The notes: generated from the sequence alone by a model not told the origin. A DNA stretch of 64,000 nt from Mobula hypostoma (GCF_963921235.1 NC_086100.1:198774001-198838000), one strand, 5' to 3'; counted from the stretch's first letter, positions 1 to 12,859 are shown. Program-made: numbers and translations.

Positions 1-399
1 AAGTGGAGAGAGTGAGCAACTTCAAGTTCCAGGGTGTCAAGACCTAACAACCCACACAAAATGCTGGAGGAACTCAGCAGGCCATGGAAAAGAGTACAGT
101 CAACATTTTGGGCTGAAACCCTTCGGCAGGACTGGAGAAAAAAAGCTGAGGAGTAAATTTGAAAGATGGGGGGAGGGGAGAGAGAAACGCCAGGCGATAG
201 GTGAAACTTGGAGGGGTGAGATGAAGTAAAGAGCTGGGAAGTTCATTGGTGAAAGAGACAGAAGGCCTGGAAGAAAGCAAAATGGGTGGGGGAGCACCAG
301 AGGGAGGTGATTGGAGGGCAAGGAGATAACATGAGAGAGGGACAAGGGGATGGGAAATGGTGAAGGTAGGGGCGGGGAGTATTTCTGGAAGTTTGAGAA

Positions 400-1047
400 A
401 ACAATGTTGTCTCTGAGGACCTAACCTGGATGCAAAATATTGATGCGGCTATAAAGAAGGAAAGATAGCAGCTATATTTCATTAGGAGTTTGAGGATATT
501 TGGTTTGTCAGCTAAAACACTTGAAAACTTCTACAAGCGTACCATGGAGAACATTCTGACAGACTGCATCCCCGTCTAGTATGGGGGAAGGCTACTGCAA
601 AAGATCAAAATAGGTTGCAGAAACTTGTAAAACTAGTCAGCTCCATCATGAGTACCAACCTCTGTAAGATCCAAGACGTCTTCAAGGAGCGAATGCATTA
701 GGAAGGTGGCGTCCATCATTAAGGCTCCCCACCGCCCAGGACGTGCCCGCTCCACACTGTTACCATGGAGACGGTACTTAGCAATTAGCAACTCAGGAAC
801 ACCTTTTTCCCATCTGCCATCCAATTTCTAAATGGACACTGAACCCGTGAGCACTACCTCACTACTTTTTTATTTCTGTTTATTTTTGCACCACTTATTT
901 TAACATAAATATTTGATAGACATATATATTATGCTTAATGTAACTCAGTTTTCCCCTGTATTTACTTATCAAGTATTTCATGCTGCCATAAAGTTAATAA
1001 ATTTCACAATATATGCTGGCAATATTAAACCTGATTTTGATTCTGAT
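400..1047 (+). mobile_element. Rex1/Babar-type LINE 3' fragment
   Basis: Resembles the other Rex1-like 3' ends (ttctac...accatggagaacattctgac..ctgcatc; gcgtccatcattaagg). Ends ...aatattaaacctgattttgattctga. Confidence 0.6.
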
Positions 1048-1815
1048 CTATGTTCTCTAGTTTTAAGTTCCCATTGCCTGGCAGGGGGGAAACTTACCCT
1101 CCCTGTGCCCCTCATGATTTTATACACCTCTATAAGATCAATCCTCATTCTCCTACACTCCAAAGTCATAACTCTCCCTATAATTCAGGCCCTCATGTCC
1201 AGAGAGCACTCAGAACCAGTCAGAATGCTCTCCAGCATTCCACTGTAGGAACCTGCTAGTCTTCTGTGACAGCATGTGTGGGGAGAAGGTGGGAGAACGG
1301 TGCTGCCACATTTGGAGTATTGTGAGCAGTTTTAGGCCCCATTTTCGAGAAAAGATATTCCGGCATAGAAGAGTCTGGAGGAGGTTCACGGGAATGAAAG
1401 GCTTTAACCTGTGAGGAGCATTTGATGGTCTGGGCCTGTGCTCACTGGATTTAGAAGAACAAAGGAGGATCTCATTGAGACCTAATGAAAGGCCTAGTTA
1501 GAATGGACGTGGAAAGGATGTATCCTACAGTGGCACAGAGGGCTGTGGAGGCCAAGTCATCGAGTATATTTAAAGAGGAGGTGGATAGGTTCTAGATTGG
1601 TAAGGACGTCAAAGATAATGGGGAGAAAGCAGGAGAACAGGGTTGAGAGGAAAAATAAGTCGGCCATGATGGAAATGCAGAGCACACTTAATGGGCCAAT
1701 TGGTATAATTCTGCTCCTGTCTTATGGACATGAATGGCAGGACAGACTTTGATGGACCAAATGGCCATGTTATACTTCTCTATCCTGGGGTAACGATGTG
1801 GGGCCTCTCTCACAG

Positions 1816-2074
1816 GTGGTCCATACGGAGCGGTGGGTGTGGACCTGGCCTTCCAGGAGATGCTGTGTCAGATCTTCGGCTGTGACTTGATGGAGGGATT
1901 CAGGCTGAAGCGCCCGGCAGCCTGGGTGGACCTGATGATGGCGTTCGAGGCCCGGAAACAGTCCATCTCGCACAAGCTCACCACTCCGCTCAACATATCA
2001 CTGCCCTTCTCCTTCACCGAGTTCTACAGGAAACACAGGGGCGAGTGTGTGGAGGCCGTGCTGAAAAAGTGCAG
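1816..2074 (+). CDS. HSPA12B: HSPA12B-like (atypical Hsp70 family member 12), internal coding exon; upstream exons lie outside the window
   Basis: Acceptor ctctctcacag (ends 1815) and donor gtaaca (2075). Translates [22 protein letters not shown]...[17 protein letters not shown]...[19 protein letters not shown], which matches the HSPA12 family. [14 protein letters not shown] and NISLPFSF are B-type rather than A-type. Confidence 0.9.
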
Positions 2075-2299
2075 GTAACAAAGACCACCGCCCTGGTCAC
2101 CATGGGGGGGGGTCAATCTGGCCCAATGGGACCCCTGGAAGGGGGGGGAGGGTCCATCGGGGAGCCCAGTTTGAGAAGGAGGAGGAGGAGGAAATTGGTG
2201 GTGGGACACTCTCTCTTGTAAATAGGAAAATATCTCCATCAGAGACCCCCATGATGGGGACTTCCCTCTGTAGTTGGGGAGTGTTACCGGAATCCCTGT

Positions 2300-5200
2300 A
2301 ATTGGGGAAGTGTTACTATTAGGGTCTCCCTTAATAGGGGTTTGCCTGATCAGGGACCTCACAATGCAAGAAGCATCTCTGTTAAAGACTTGCAGAGGAT
2401 CAACGAGAAGTTTTGTGGACATGAACGGGACACCCGGGTTGTACGTTGCCTCCCAGATGCCAGGGTCAGGGACACCTTGGATCGCATCCACAGCATTTTG
2501 GAGGGGGAGGGGGAGCAAACAGATGTCTTGGTACATATTGGTACCAATGACTTGGGAAGGAAAAGCAAAGAGGTCCTGAAGAGAGAATTCAGAGAATGAG
2601 GTAGACAGCTGAGAAGCAGGACCTCCAGAGAAGTAATTTCTGGATTGCTACCTGTGCCATGCATAAGTGCGGGTAGAAACAGCGTGATTTGGGGGATAAA
2701 TGCATGGTTGAGAAGCTGGTGTAGTGGGGAGGGCTTCTGGTTCTTGGATCATTGGAATTTCTTGGGAGGGGGGTGGTTATGTCCTGTACAAAAGGAATGG
2801 GCTGCAGCTGAACCCAAGGGGACCAATATTCTCACGGGCAGGTTTGTTAGAGCTGTTGGGGAGGGTTTAAACTAATTTGGCAGAGGGGTGGGAACCAGAG
2901 TGAAGAGACTCAGGACTGGATGGATGATTAAAAAAAAGCAAAGGTAGTGTGCAGTGAGGCTGTCAGGAGGGGCAGGCAGATGATAGGACAAAATTGCAAC
3001 CAGCAGGGTGAGTATCAGTACATTAGGTTTGCAGAATCAAAAAGGGTAGCAAATACAGCACTCAAAGTGTTATATCTCAATGTATGGAGTATAGGAAATA
3101 AGGTGCATGATCTTGTTGCCCCTTTACAGATTGTTGGGTATGATGTTGTGGCCATCACTGAATCATGACAGAAGGATAGTTGTAGTTGGGAGCTGAATGT
3201 CCAAGGTTACACGTTGTATCGGAGGGGTAGGAAGGTAGGCAGAGGGGGTGTTCTGGCTCTGCTGGTAAAGAATGGCATCAACTCATTAGAAAGATGTGAC
3301 ATAGGATCAGAAGGTGTTGAATCTTTATGGATTGAATTAAGAAACTGCAAGGGTAAAAGGACCCTGATGGCACTTATATACAGGCCTCCGAACAGTAGCT
3401 AGGATATGGAATACAGATTACAGCAGGAAATAGAAAAGGTGTGTCAAAAAGGCAATGTTATGATAGTCATGGGAGATTTTAACATGCAGGTAGATTGGGA
3501 AAGATCAGGTTGATAATGGATCTCAAGCAAGTGAATTTGTTGAATGCCTATCAGATGGCTTTTTAGAGCAGTTTGTCATTGAGTCTACTAAGGGATCAGC
3601 TTACTGGACAAGGTGTCATGTAATGAACTGGAGATGACTGGGGAGCTTAAGGTAAAGGAGACCTTAGGAGACAGTGATCACAATATGATTGAGTTCAACT
3701 TGAAATTTGATAGGGAGAAAGTAAAGTCTGACAGCAGTATTTCAGTGGAGTAAAGGAAAATACAGTGGTATGACAGAGGAATTGGCCAAAGTACATTGGA
3801 AAGAGATGCTGGCAGGGATGACTTGAGTTGCTGGGAAAAATGAGGAAGGTACAGGATAGAAAATCTTTCCAAAAAAATACACAAATGGCAAAATAGCACA
3901 ACCATGGCTGACAAGAAAAGTCAAAGCGAATGTAAAAGCAAAAGAGGGGGCATACAACAAAGCAAGAATTAGCGGAAAGATAAAGGATTGGGTCTTATGG
4001 TCTTAAAAAACTACAAAAATCAACTAATAGAATCGTTAGGAGGGAAAAGATGAAATATGAAAGCAAGCTAGCAAACGATATCAAGGTGGATAGAAAAAGC
4101 TTTTTCAAGTATGTAAAAAATAAAACAGAGATGTAAGTGGACATAGGACTGCTAGAAAATGAGGCCAGGGAAATAATAACAAGGGACAAGGAGATGGCAG
4201 GTGAAATAAATGAGTATTTTTGCATCAATCTTCACTCTGGAAGACACTAGCAGTGTGCCAGATGTTTAAGGGTGTGCGGGAAGAGAAGTGAGTGCAGTTA
4301 CTATTAAAAGGGAGAAGGTGCTCAAAAAGTTGAAAAATCTATAGGTACACAAGTCACCCCAGTCAGATGAACTGCACCCTAGGGTTCTGAAAGAGGTAGT
4401 GGTGGAGATTGTGGAGGCATTAGTAATGATCTTTCAAGAATCATTGGAATCTGACATGGTTCTAGAGGTCCGGCAAACTGCAAATGTCACTCCACTCTTT
4501 AAGAGGGAGACAGCAGAAAGGAAATTATAGACCAGTTAGCCTGACCCCTGTGGTTGGGCAAATGTTGGAGTCAATTGTTAAAGATGAGGCTATGGAGTAC
4601 TTGGACAAGACAAGACACGACAAAGTCAGCATGGTTTCCTCAAGGGAAAATCTTGCCTGGCAAACCTGTTGGAATTCCTTGAGGAGATTACAAGTAGGAT
4701 AGATAAAGGGGATGCAGTGGATTTGGTAATCTTGAATTTTCAGAAGGTATTTCCTAAGATGCTGTCTGGCCTGCTGAGTTCCTCCAGCATTTTTTGTGTG
4801 TTGCTATCATGGTTAGAGCAGTGACTGACTGGTAGGAGGCAGTGAGTGGGAATAAAAGGATCCTTTTTTGGTTGGCTGCCAGTGACTAGTGGTGTTACAC
4901 AGGGGTCTGTGTTGGGCTGCTTCCTTTTAGCTGTATATAAATGATTTAGATGATGGAATCGATGGCTTTATTGCCAGGTTTGCAGATGATACAAAGATTG
5001 GCGGAGGGGCAGGTAGTGTTAAGGAAACAGGAAGGCTGCAGGATTTAGACAGATTAGGAGAATGGGCAAGAAAGTGGCAAATGAAATATAATGTTGAAAA
5101 ATGCATGGTCATGCACTTTGATAGCAGAAATAAATGTGTGGACTATTTTCTAAACGGGGTGAAAAAGGGAGTCCCTGTGCAGAACACCCTGAAGGTTAAC

Positions 5201-5858
5201 TTGCAGGTCGAGTCAGTGGTGAGGAAGGCAAATGCCATGTTAGCATTCATTTCATGAGGTCCAGAATACAAGAGCAGGGATGTGATGTGGAAGCTTTATA
5301 AGGCACTGGTGAGGCCTCACCTTGAGTATTGTGAACAGTTTTGGGCCCCTCATCTTAGAAAAGATGTGCTGGTGTTGGAAAGGGTTCAGAGGAGGTTCGC
5401 AAGGACGATTCCAGGAATGAAAGGGTTATCATATGAGGAACGTTTGATGGCTCTAGGTCTGTACTCACTGGAATTCAGAAGAATGGGGGGGGGGGGATCT
5501 CATTGAAACCTTTTGAATATTGAAAGGCCTAGACAGAGTAGATGTGGAAAGGATTTTTCCCATGGTGGGGGGATCTAGGAGAAGAGGGCACAGGATAGAG
5601 GGGTGTCCATTTAAAACAGAGATGTGGAGAAATTTCTTGAGCCAGAGGGTGGTGAATTTGTGGAATTTGTTGCCACGTCGTTGGGTGTACATAAGGCAGA
5701 GATTGATAGGTTCTTGATTGGACATGGCATCAAAGGTTATGGGGAAAAGGCCGGGAGTGAGGCTGAGAAGGGGATTAAAAATGATCAGCCATGATTGAAT
5801 GGCAGAGCAGACTTGATGGGCTAAATGGCCTAATTCTGCTCCTGTGTCTAATGGTCTT
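2300..5858 (+). mobile_element. Long decayed CR1-clade LINE (esterase-like ORF1, AP endonuclease, reverse transcriptase) in an HSPA12B intron
   Basis: Fragments VVRCLPDARV..VHIGTNDLG..NAWLRSWC (SGNH/esterase-like ORF1), YDVVAITE / IYRPPNS (APE), NYRPVSLT, FADDTK and RPHLEY (RT and C-terminus). CR1-type 3' end ...ggcctaattctgctcct. Many stops and frameshifts. Confidence 0.85.
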
Positions 5859-6734
5859 AATTTGGGGGTATTTGGAGTATTGTGTGCAGTTTTGGTCCTC
5901 GAGCTACAGGAAAGAAATTAGTAAGATTGAAAGTCCCGACGTAGATCATATTTAGATACAGATTTATGAATCGCAAGTACATACAGTGAAATGTATCATT
6001 TGTGTTAACATTCAACACACCCAAGGATGTGCCAGAGAAAATGTACAAGGAAATTGCCAAGCCCTGAGGACCTGAGTAACAGTGAGAGGCTGAACAGGTT
6101 TGGACTTTATCCCCCAGAGCACAGGAGAACGTGGGGAGAGGTAGACAAAGTTATCAGGGGTATAGATAGGACAAATGTAAGGCAGCTTTTTCCACCGAGG
6201 TTCGGTGAGACTAGAACTATAGATCATAAGTGTGGAAAGGTGAAACGTTTAAGGTGAGCATGAGGGAGAACTTCTTCACTGAGGGTGATGAGAATGTGAA
6301 ATGAGCTGCCAGAGCAAGTGGTTGATTTCAACATTTCAGAGAAGTTTGGATAGGTACATGGATGGGAATGGTCTGGATACAAGTAGGTAGCACGAGGCAG
6401 AAGATCTGGTTGGCACAGACTAGGTGGACCAAGGGGCTTGTTTCTGTGCTCTTTGACTCTGAGGTTGTGCTGGAGAGGACAGGGGAGAGTCATCAGGATG
6501 TTCCAAGATGTGGGAGGAACTCGGTAGCTCAAGAAGCATCCATGGAGGGAATTGATCAGTCGACAGCTCGTGCTGATGATTCAGTATTGTTACTCTCTCC
6601 TCTGGACCACCTCGATCCACCGTTGTGATGAATTGAGCACTATACAGGGCAGATTTCTCCCTGGACCTGCCGACAGTGAGGATAATCACTGGCTGCTGCT
6701 GATGCTGTCTCTGTGTCGCTCCCTCTGCCCACAG

Positions 6735-6838
6735 CAACAAACTGATAAAGTGGAGCTCACAGGGGATGCTGCAGATATCGCCCCAAGCTGCGGACGAGCT
6801 CTTCCAGCCAACCATCCGACTGGTGGTGCAGCACATTG
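6735..6838 (+). CDS. HSPA12B: HSPA12B-like penultimate coding exon (104 nt; not in the ORF track)
   Basis: Acceptor ccctctgcccacag, donor gtgagt at 6839. Phase 2 in and phase 1 out fit both neighbouring exons. Translates (S)[34 protein letters not shown](E), with the HSPA12 KWSSQGML motif. Confidence 0.92.
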
Positions 6839-7296
6839 GTGAGTGGGGTAGGACGGAGTGATGGGTGTCCTTGGCGGGCATTGAGAGTCCATATTGTTCC
6901 ACCCACTTTGTCTTTCTACACTCTGAGTAAATCAATAGGCAATAGGTGCAGGAGCAGGCCATTCAGCCCTTCGAGCCATCGCTGCCATTCACTGTGATCA
7001 TGGCTGATCATCCACAATCAGTACCCTGTTCCTGCCTTCTCCACATATCCCTGGACTCCGCTATCTTTAAGAACTCTATCTAACTCTTTCTTGAAAGAAC
7101 CCAGAGAATTGGCCTCCACTGCCTTCTGAAGCAGAGCATTCCACAGATCCACAACCCTCTGTGTGAAAAGGTTTTTCCTCAACTCCGTTCTAAATGGCCT
7201 ACCCCTTATTCTTAAACTGTGGCCTCTGGTTCTGGACTCCCTCAACATCGGGAACATGTTTCCTGCGTCTAGCGTGTCCAATCCCTTAATAATCTT

Positions 7297-7540
7297 CAAA
7301 GTTGCTGGTGAACGCAGCAGGCCAGGCAGCATCTGTAGGAAGAGGTGCAGTCGACGTTTCAGGCCGAGACCCTTAGTCAGGACTTCGTTAGTCAGGACTT
7401 CGTTAGTCCTGACGAAGGGTCTCGGCCTGAAACGTCGACTGCAGCTCTTCCTACAGATGCTGCCTGGCCTGCTGCGTTCACCAGCAACTTTGATGTGTGT
7501 TTGCTTGAATTTCCAGCATCTGCAGAATTCCTGTTGTTTG
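7297..7540. mobile_element. Short non-autonomous Penelope-derived element in head-to-head inverted form, with 14-bp TSD
   Basis: CCCTTAATAATCTT at 7283-7296 and 7541-7554. Arms 7297-7384 and 7405-7492 are near-perfect reverse complements. Same sequence as the termini of the GIY-YIG element at 15191-16790. Confidence 0.8.
7405..7440 (+). ncRNA. Minimal type I hammerhead ribozyme motif
   Basis: AGTC|CTGACGA|AGG-GTCTCGG-CCT|GAA|ACGT|C|GACT: stem I AGUC/GACU, core CUGANGA, stem II, GAAA, palindromic stem III, GUC cleavage triplet. Confidence 0.7.
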
Positions 7541-8538
7541 CCCTTAATAATCTTATATGTTTCAATCAGATTCCCTCTCATCCTTCTGAATTCCAGTGTA
7601 TACAAGCCCAGTCGCTCCAATCTTTCAACATATGACATTCCCGCCATCCCTGGAATTAACCTTGCGAACCTACACTGCACTCCCTCCATAGCAAGAATGT
7701 CCTTCCTCAAATTTGGAAACCAAAACTGAACACAATACTCCAGGTGTGGACTCACCAGGGTCTTGTACAACTGCAGAAGGACCTCTTTGCACCTATACTC
7801 AGCTCTCCTTGTTATGAAGGCTTTCTTCACTGCCTGCTGTGCCTGTATGCTTATTTTCAGTGACTGATGAACAAGAACATCTGGATCTCATTGTACAGTA
7901 CTTCCCCTTTTCCTAACCTGACACCATTCAGATAGTAATTTGCCTTCCTGTTCTTGCCACCAAAGTAGATAACCTCACACTTATTCGCATTAAACTGCAT
8001 CTGCCCACTCACCCAACCTGTCCAAGTCACTCATAACATCCTCCTCATCCTTCTCACATCCTCATCACAAATCGTGGTGAAGAGGCTTTGTGGTTGGCGG
8101 GGGGGGGGGGGGAGAGATGATGAGCAAATGAGAGAATTTAGAGGCAGCGGATGGGAATGCGTGTGGGGTTAATGGGAGGATTGGGAGGGGTTACTGGGAG
8201 GCATAAGGCTGAGTTATGTGGTGGTCCCAGTCTTGATATCCCAATCTAACTGTTCCTCCTTCTTCCACCTTTCCTCCCTTCCCTCCCCATCATCCCTCTC
8301 TCCTACCCCTCCCCATCCTCCTTATCCCCTCCCCTCTCCACCCTCTCCTCCCCATTCCATCCTTCCTCCCCATCTGCTCCCCCATCCACCCCTCTCCTCC
8401 CTCCTCCCTCTCTTCCGTCTACCATCACCCTTCATATCCTTCCCTCACTTCTCTCCTCCTCCTTCCTCCCTCAACCTACCCCACTTTTCTCTCCCTCACC
8501 ACCCTTCCCCTCTCCCTCACCACTCCCTCCTTTCACAG

Positions 8539-9248
8539 AGGCTGTGCTGCAGCGGCCCGAGGCGGCGGGCGTGCGCTCCCTCTTCCTGGTGGGGGGTTTC
8601 GCGGCGTCGGGGCGGCTGCAGCGGGAAGTGGAGCGGGTACTGCCCGAGGGCTGCCGGCTGTTGCTGCCGCAGGCCTCGGGGCTGAGTACGCTGCAGGGCG
8701 CCGTGCTGCTGGGTCTGGAGCCGGCCGTGGTGCGGCTGCGGCGTTCGCCCCTCACCTACGGTCTGGCCGTGCTGCGGCGCTTCGAGCCGGGCCGCCATCC
8801 GGCCCACAAGCTGCTGGAGCGGGACGGCGTCCGTTGGTGCGCCGACGTCTTCGACCGGCTGGTGCGGGCCGGCCAGCCGCTGGCCCCCGGCGAGCGACTG
8901 CAGCGGCGCTACATGCCCGCCCGGCCCGGCCAGCGCTCCGCCCGTATTAGCCTCTACTGCGCCCCCGAGCCCGGGGTGCGCTTCGTCAGCGACCCCGGTG
9001 TCCGGCGCTGCGCCACCCTCAGCCTGGATCTGGGCGTCGGCCCGGGGGACGAGCCGGTGGACGGGACCGGCCCGGAGGCTGATCCGGGGGACCGGACCGG
9101 CCCGGGGTCTGAGCCGGGGCACGGGACCGGCCTGGCCCGCGAGATCCGAGTCAGCCTCCAGTTCGGCGACACTGAGATCAAGGTGACGGCCCTCGACATC
9201 CTCACCGGTGCCGAGGTCCGCGCCACCCTCGACTGGCTGTCGGAATGA
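8539..9248 (+). CDS. HSPA12B: HSPA12B-like terminal coding exon
   Basis: Acceptor cctttcacag (ends 8538). Translates EAVLQRPE...LFLVGGFA...GAVLLGLEPAVVRLRRSPLTYG...RWCADVF...QFGDTEIKVTALD...LDWLSE*, the HSPA12 C-terminus. TGA at 9246-9248. Confidence 0.93.
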
Positions 9249-10152
9249 GAGGGGAAAGGAAGTACTGACCCCACCCTCTCCCCTGCTACCCCCCGCCCCT
9301 CTCCCTCGCCTTTTATACATCCCGCTAAATCCCCTCCCTGCCCTCCCCACCCACTGAATCCTTATCTCCTGCATCCTGAAGAGGGTGACTCTCCACCACC
9401 CCGGCTGTCCTGAACAGGTAGTCTCAGTCCTTCTCTCTCTCTCTCTCTCTCTCCCTCTCCCGGGGCCTCTGCTGGGATGGTCCTGAGGTAGCTGGGCACT
9501 CCTTAGGTACAGCCGGTCAGACATCATTGTACACATCCTAACCTTGTCATCAGTCAGTATCTCACGCCAGGAATTTTGCTTGTACACCCATCCATCCTGG
9601 TCTAAATCCATCAGACATAGGAGCAGAATTAGACCCATCGAGTCTGCTCTACCAATACATCATGGCTTATTTATTATCTCTCCCAACCCCATTCTCCTGC
9701 CATCTCCTGGTAACCATAGACACCCTGATTAATCAACCTCTTCCTTAAACAGAACCCAAATCTGAACCAGAGCACCCAGGCTCCCACCTGCACAAACTGT
9801 CCTTCAGAAGGGTCTCAGTATTGATTTGGAGTCTACCCTTGCCCTGGTGAGCAGTTAGACCAACCCCTCTGAAACTGGAACCTCCCTGTCCCAGCTGCTT
9901 GGGAAGGCCTCATTGCCTTGGACGTCCACAGTCGAAGATGATATGGGTTAGCCCTCGCCCATCGACGTTCCCCATCAACAGATTGGGGATTGAGGAGAGG
10001 GAGGGGGAGCGGGATGGGGGGAGCAAATTAACACTTGGGTCATCAGTCTCCTGGTGACCACTGAGTGCGTAGGAGGGCATTGTAACGTGGTGCCACTGTT
10101 AACCTGACCTGTTATTTAAAATTTCTATATAAGTTTCTGACATTAAAACATG

Positions 10153-10158
10153 AATAAA
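10153..10158 (+). terminator. Candidate polyadenylation signal of the HSPA12B-like gene
   Basis: AATAAA preceded by ATTAAA and followed by T/GT-rich sequence, about 900 nt after the stop codon and just before the repeat-dense intergenic region. Confidence 0.55.
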
Positions 10159-10574
10159 CATTTTTATGTGATATTATGATTTGGTGTTATGAATATTTAA
10201 AATTGAAATTGCCATTTGTGTATTAAAATACATAGATGGGGGTTGACAGACAGTATCTTTCTCCCAGAGTTGAAATGTCTAATACCCGATGACGTTCATT
10301 TTAGGTGAGGGATGTAACTTGTAAGGAGGTGTGCGGGGCACATTGTGAGTGCCTGGTGTTTGGGGTGGCCGTGGAGACAATAGAGGCATTTAACAGGCTG
10401 TTTAACATGGATGTACAGAAAATGGATTCAAGATAACACGTAGGCAGATGCTGGAAATCCAGAGCAACACCGACTCAAAATGCTGGAGGAACTCAGCAGC
10501 TCAGGCAGCATCTATGGAAATGAAAAACAGTTGACGTTTCAGGCCGAGACCCTTCATCAGGATGGTAGGCAGAT

Positions 10575-12100
10575 CAGAATCAGGTTTAATATCACCAGCA
10601 AATGTCGTGAAATCAGTTAACTTAGCGGCAGCAGTTCAATGAAATACATGATAAATATAGAAAAGAACTGAATTACAAAATAATTTTTTTGTAAATTAAA
10701 AATAATGAATTACAGTAATTATATATATATATATATATATAACTGTTAAATTTTAAATAGTGCAAAAACAAATAATAAAAAAGTCAGGTTGTGTTCATGG
10801 GTTCAATGTCCATTTAGAAATTGGATGGCAGAGCGGAAGAAACTGTTCCTGAATCGCCAAGAGTGTGTCTTCAGGCTTCTGTACCTCCTTCCTGACGGCA
10901 ACAATGAGAAGGGGGCATAGGCCATGGATGAGAGTCCTTAATAATGGACGCTGCCTTTCTGAAGATGTCTTGGATACTGCGGAGACTAATGATGGGGCAG
11001 ACTAATTTTACAACTTTCTGTAGCTTCTTTTCATTAGTAGCAACCCCCCCCCCCCCCCACCCACCACCACCTCACACCAGATGGTGATGCAGCCTGCCTG
11101 TCAGGATGCTCTCCACAGTATGTAGAAGTTTTTGATTGCTTTAGGTGACAAACCAAATCTCAAACTCCTAATGAAATGTGGCCGCTGTCTTATCTTCTCT
11201 GTAGCTGCATTGATATGTTGGGACCAGGTTAGATCCTTAGAGATATTGACACCCGGGAACTTAAAATTGCTCACCCTATGAGGATTGGTTTGTGTTCCAT
11301 CATCTTACCCTTTCTGAAGTTCACAATCAACTCTTTGGTCTTGCTGATGTTGAGTGCAAGGTTATTGCTGTGACATCACTCAGCTTGGTGGTATATCTCG
11401 CTCTTGTACACCCTCCCATCTGAGGTTCTGTCAACAACGGTTGTATCATCAGCAAATTTATAGATTGCATTTGAGCTATGCGTAACCACACAGTCATGGG
11501 TATAGAGAGAGTAGAGCAATGGACAAAGCACACATCCCTGAGGTGCACCAGTGTTGATCATCAGTGAGGAGGAAATGTTATTTCCAATCCACAAAGACTG
11601 TAGTCTTCCAGTTAGGAAATCAAGGATCCAATTGCAGAGAGAGATACAGAGGCCCAGGTTCTGTAGCTTTCTGATCAGGACTGTAGGAGTGGTGGTGTTA
11701 AACACTGAGCTATCGTCAGTGAACAACATCCTGACAAAGTGTAGGTGTTTATATTGTCCAGGTGGTCTAAGGCCAAGTGAAGAGCCATTGAGATTGCGTC
11801 TGCTCTGGACCTATTGTGGCAATAAGCAATTGCAGTGGGTCCAGGTCCTTGCTGAAACAGATGTTGATTCCAGCCATGACCAACCTCTCAAAAGCATTTC
11901 AGCACCGTAGATGTGAGTGCTACCGGACGATAGTCATTAAGGCAGCTCGCACTGCTCTTCTTGGGCAGATGAAGATGACAGAAGGGAAGAAATTGTTCCT
12001 GAAACATTGAATGTGTGTCTTCCAGCTCATGTAGCTCCTCCTTAATGGTAGGGATGAGAAGAGAGCGTGTCCTAAGTGATGGGGGTCCTTAATGATGGAT
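10575..12100 (-). mobile_element. Rex1/Babar-type LINE fragments (RT and 3' end)
   Basis: ORF 11376..11729: [60 protein letters not shown]. The tail reads cagaatcaggttt on + at about 10576. Confidence 0.8.
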
Positions 12101-12109
12101 GCCACCTCG

Positions 12110-12728
12110 TTAAGGTATAAACATCACCAAGTGTCTCACATGGTCTCTACATACCGGATATGTGGTGAAAAAGTCACAACAGCACTTCTTTCACCTCAAA
12201 CGGTTGAAGAAGTTTGGTATGGCCCCCCAAACTCTAAGAACTTTCTATTGGGGCACGATTGAGAGCATCCTGACTGGCTGCATCACTGCCTGGTGGGGAC
12301 TGTGCTCCTTCAATCGCAGGACTCTGCAGAGAGTGGTGCGGACAGCCCAGCGCATCTGTAGATGTGAACTTCCCACTATTCAGGACATTTACAAAGTCGG
12401 GTGTGTAAAAAGGGCCCAAAGGGTCACTGGGGACCTGAGTCACCCCAACCAACTATGGACTGTTCCAGGTGCTACCATCTGGGAAATGATACCGCAGCCT
12501 GAAAGCCAGGACCAATAGGCTCCGGGACAGTTTCTTCCACCAGGTCATCAGACTGCTTAACTCATGCTGAGACAACTATATTTCTATGTTATAGTGACTA
12601 TCTTGTTGTACATAATATTTATTTTAAATTACTATAAGTTGCACATTTAGACAGAGATATAACAAAGATCTTTACTCATGTAGATGAAGGATTTAAGTGA
12701 TAAGGTCAATTCATTCATTCAATTCATT
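12110..12728 (+). mobile_element. Rex1/Babar-type LINE 3' fragment with (ATTC)n tail
   Basis: ORF 12162..12518 KKSQQH..LKRLKKFGM...TFY.GTIESILTGCITAW...LQRVVRTAQRI. Ends in caattcattcattcaattcatt. Confidence 0.75.
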
Positions 12729-12859
12729 TCAGGCATCACCTTTTGAACGTGTCATGGAAGCTGGGGAAATGAGTGCCCATGATGGAGCGAGCTGAGATTA
12801 AAACCGTCTGTAACTTTTCCGAACCAGTGCACAATCTATGAATGAGTTTGGCATTTACT

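Larger units (their letters stand above)
6930..8030 (-). mobile_element. CR1 LINE 3' fragment interrupted by a palindromic Penelope-derived insertion
   Basis: ORF 7018..7830 contains LYKTLVSPHLEYCVQFW...LERLGLYTLEFRRMRG...FTQRVV. Non-CR1 insert at 7297-7540. Confidence 0.85.

Noticed and set aside
7018..7830. 270-aa (-) and 188-aa (+) ORFs suggesting a novel fusion protein
   Set aside because: They come from an in-frame 258-nt palindromic insertion into a CR1 fragment; there is no evidence of a gene.
8517..9638. 373-aa minus-strand ORF
   Set aside because: Antisense shadow of the very GC-rich HSPA12B-like exon plus 3' UTR and CR1 tail; no recognisable domain.
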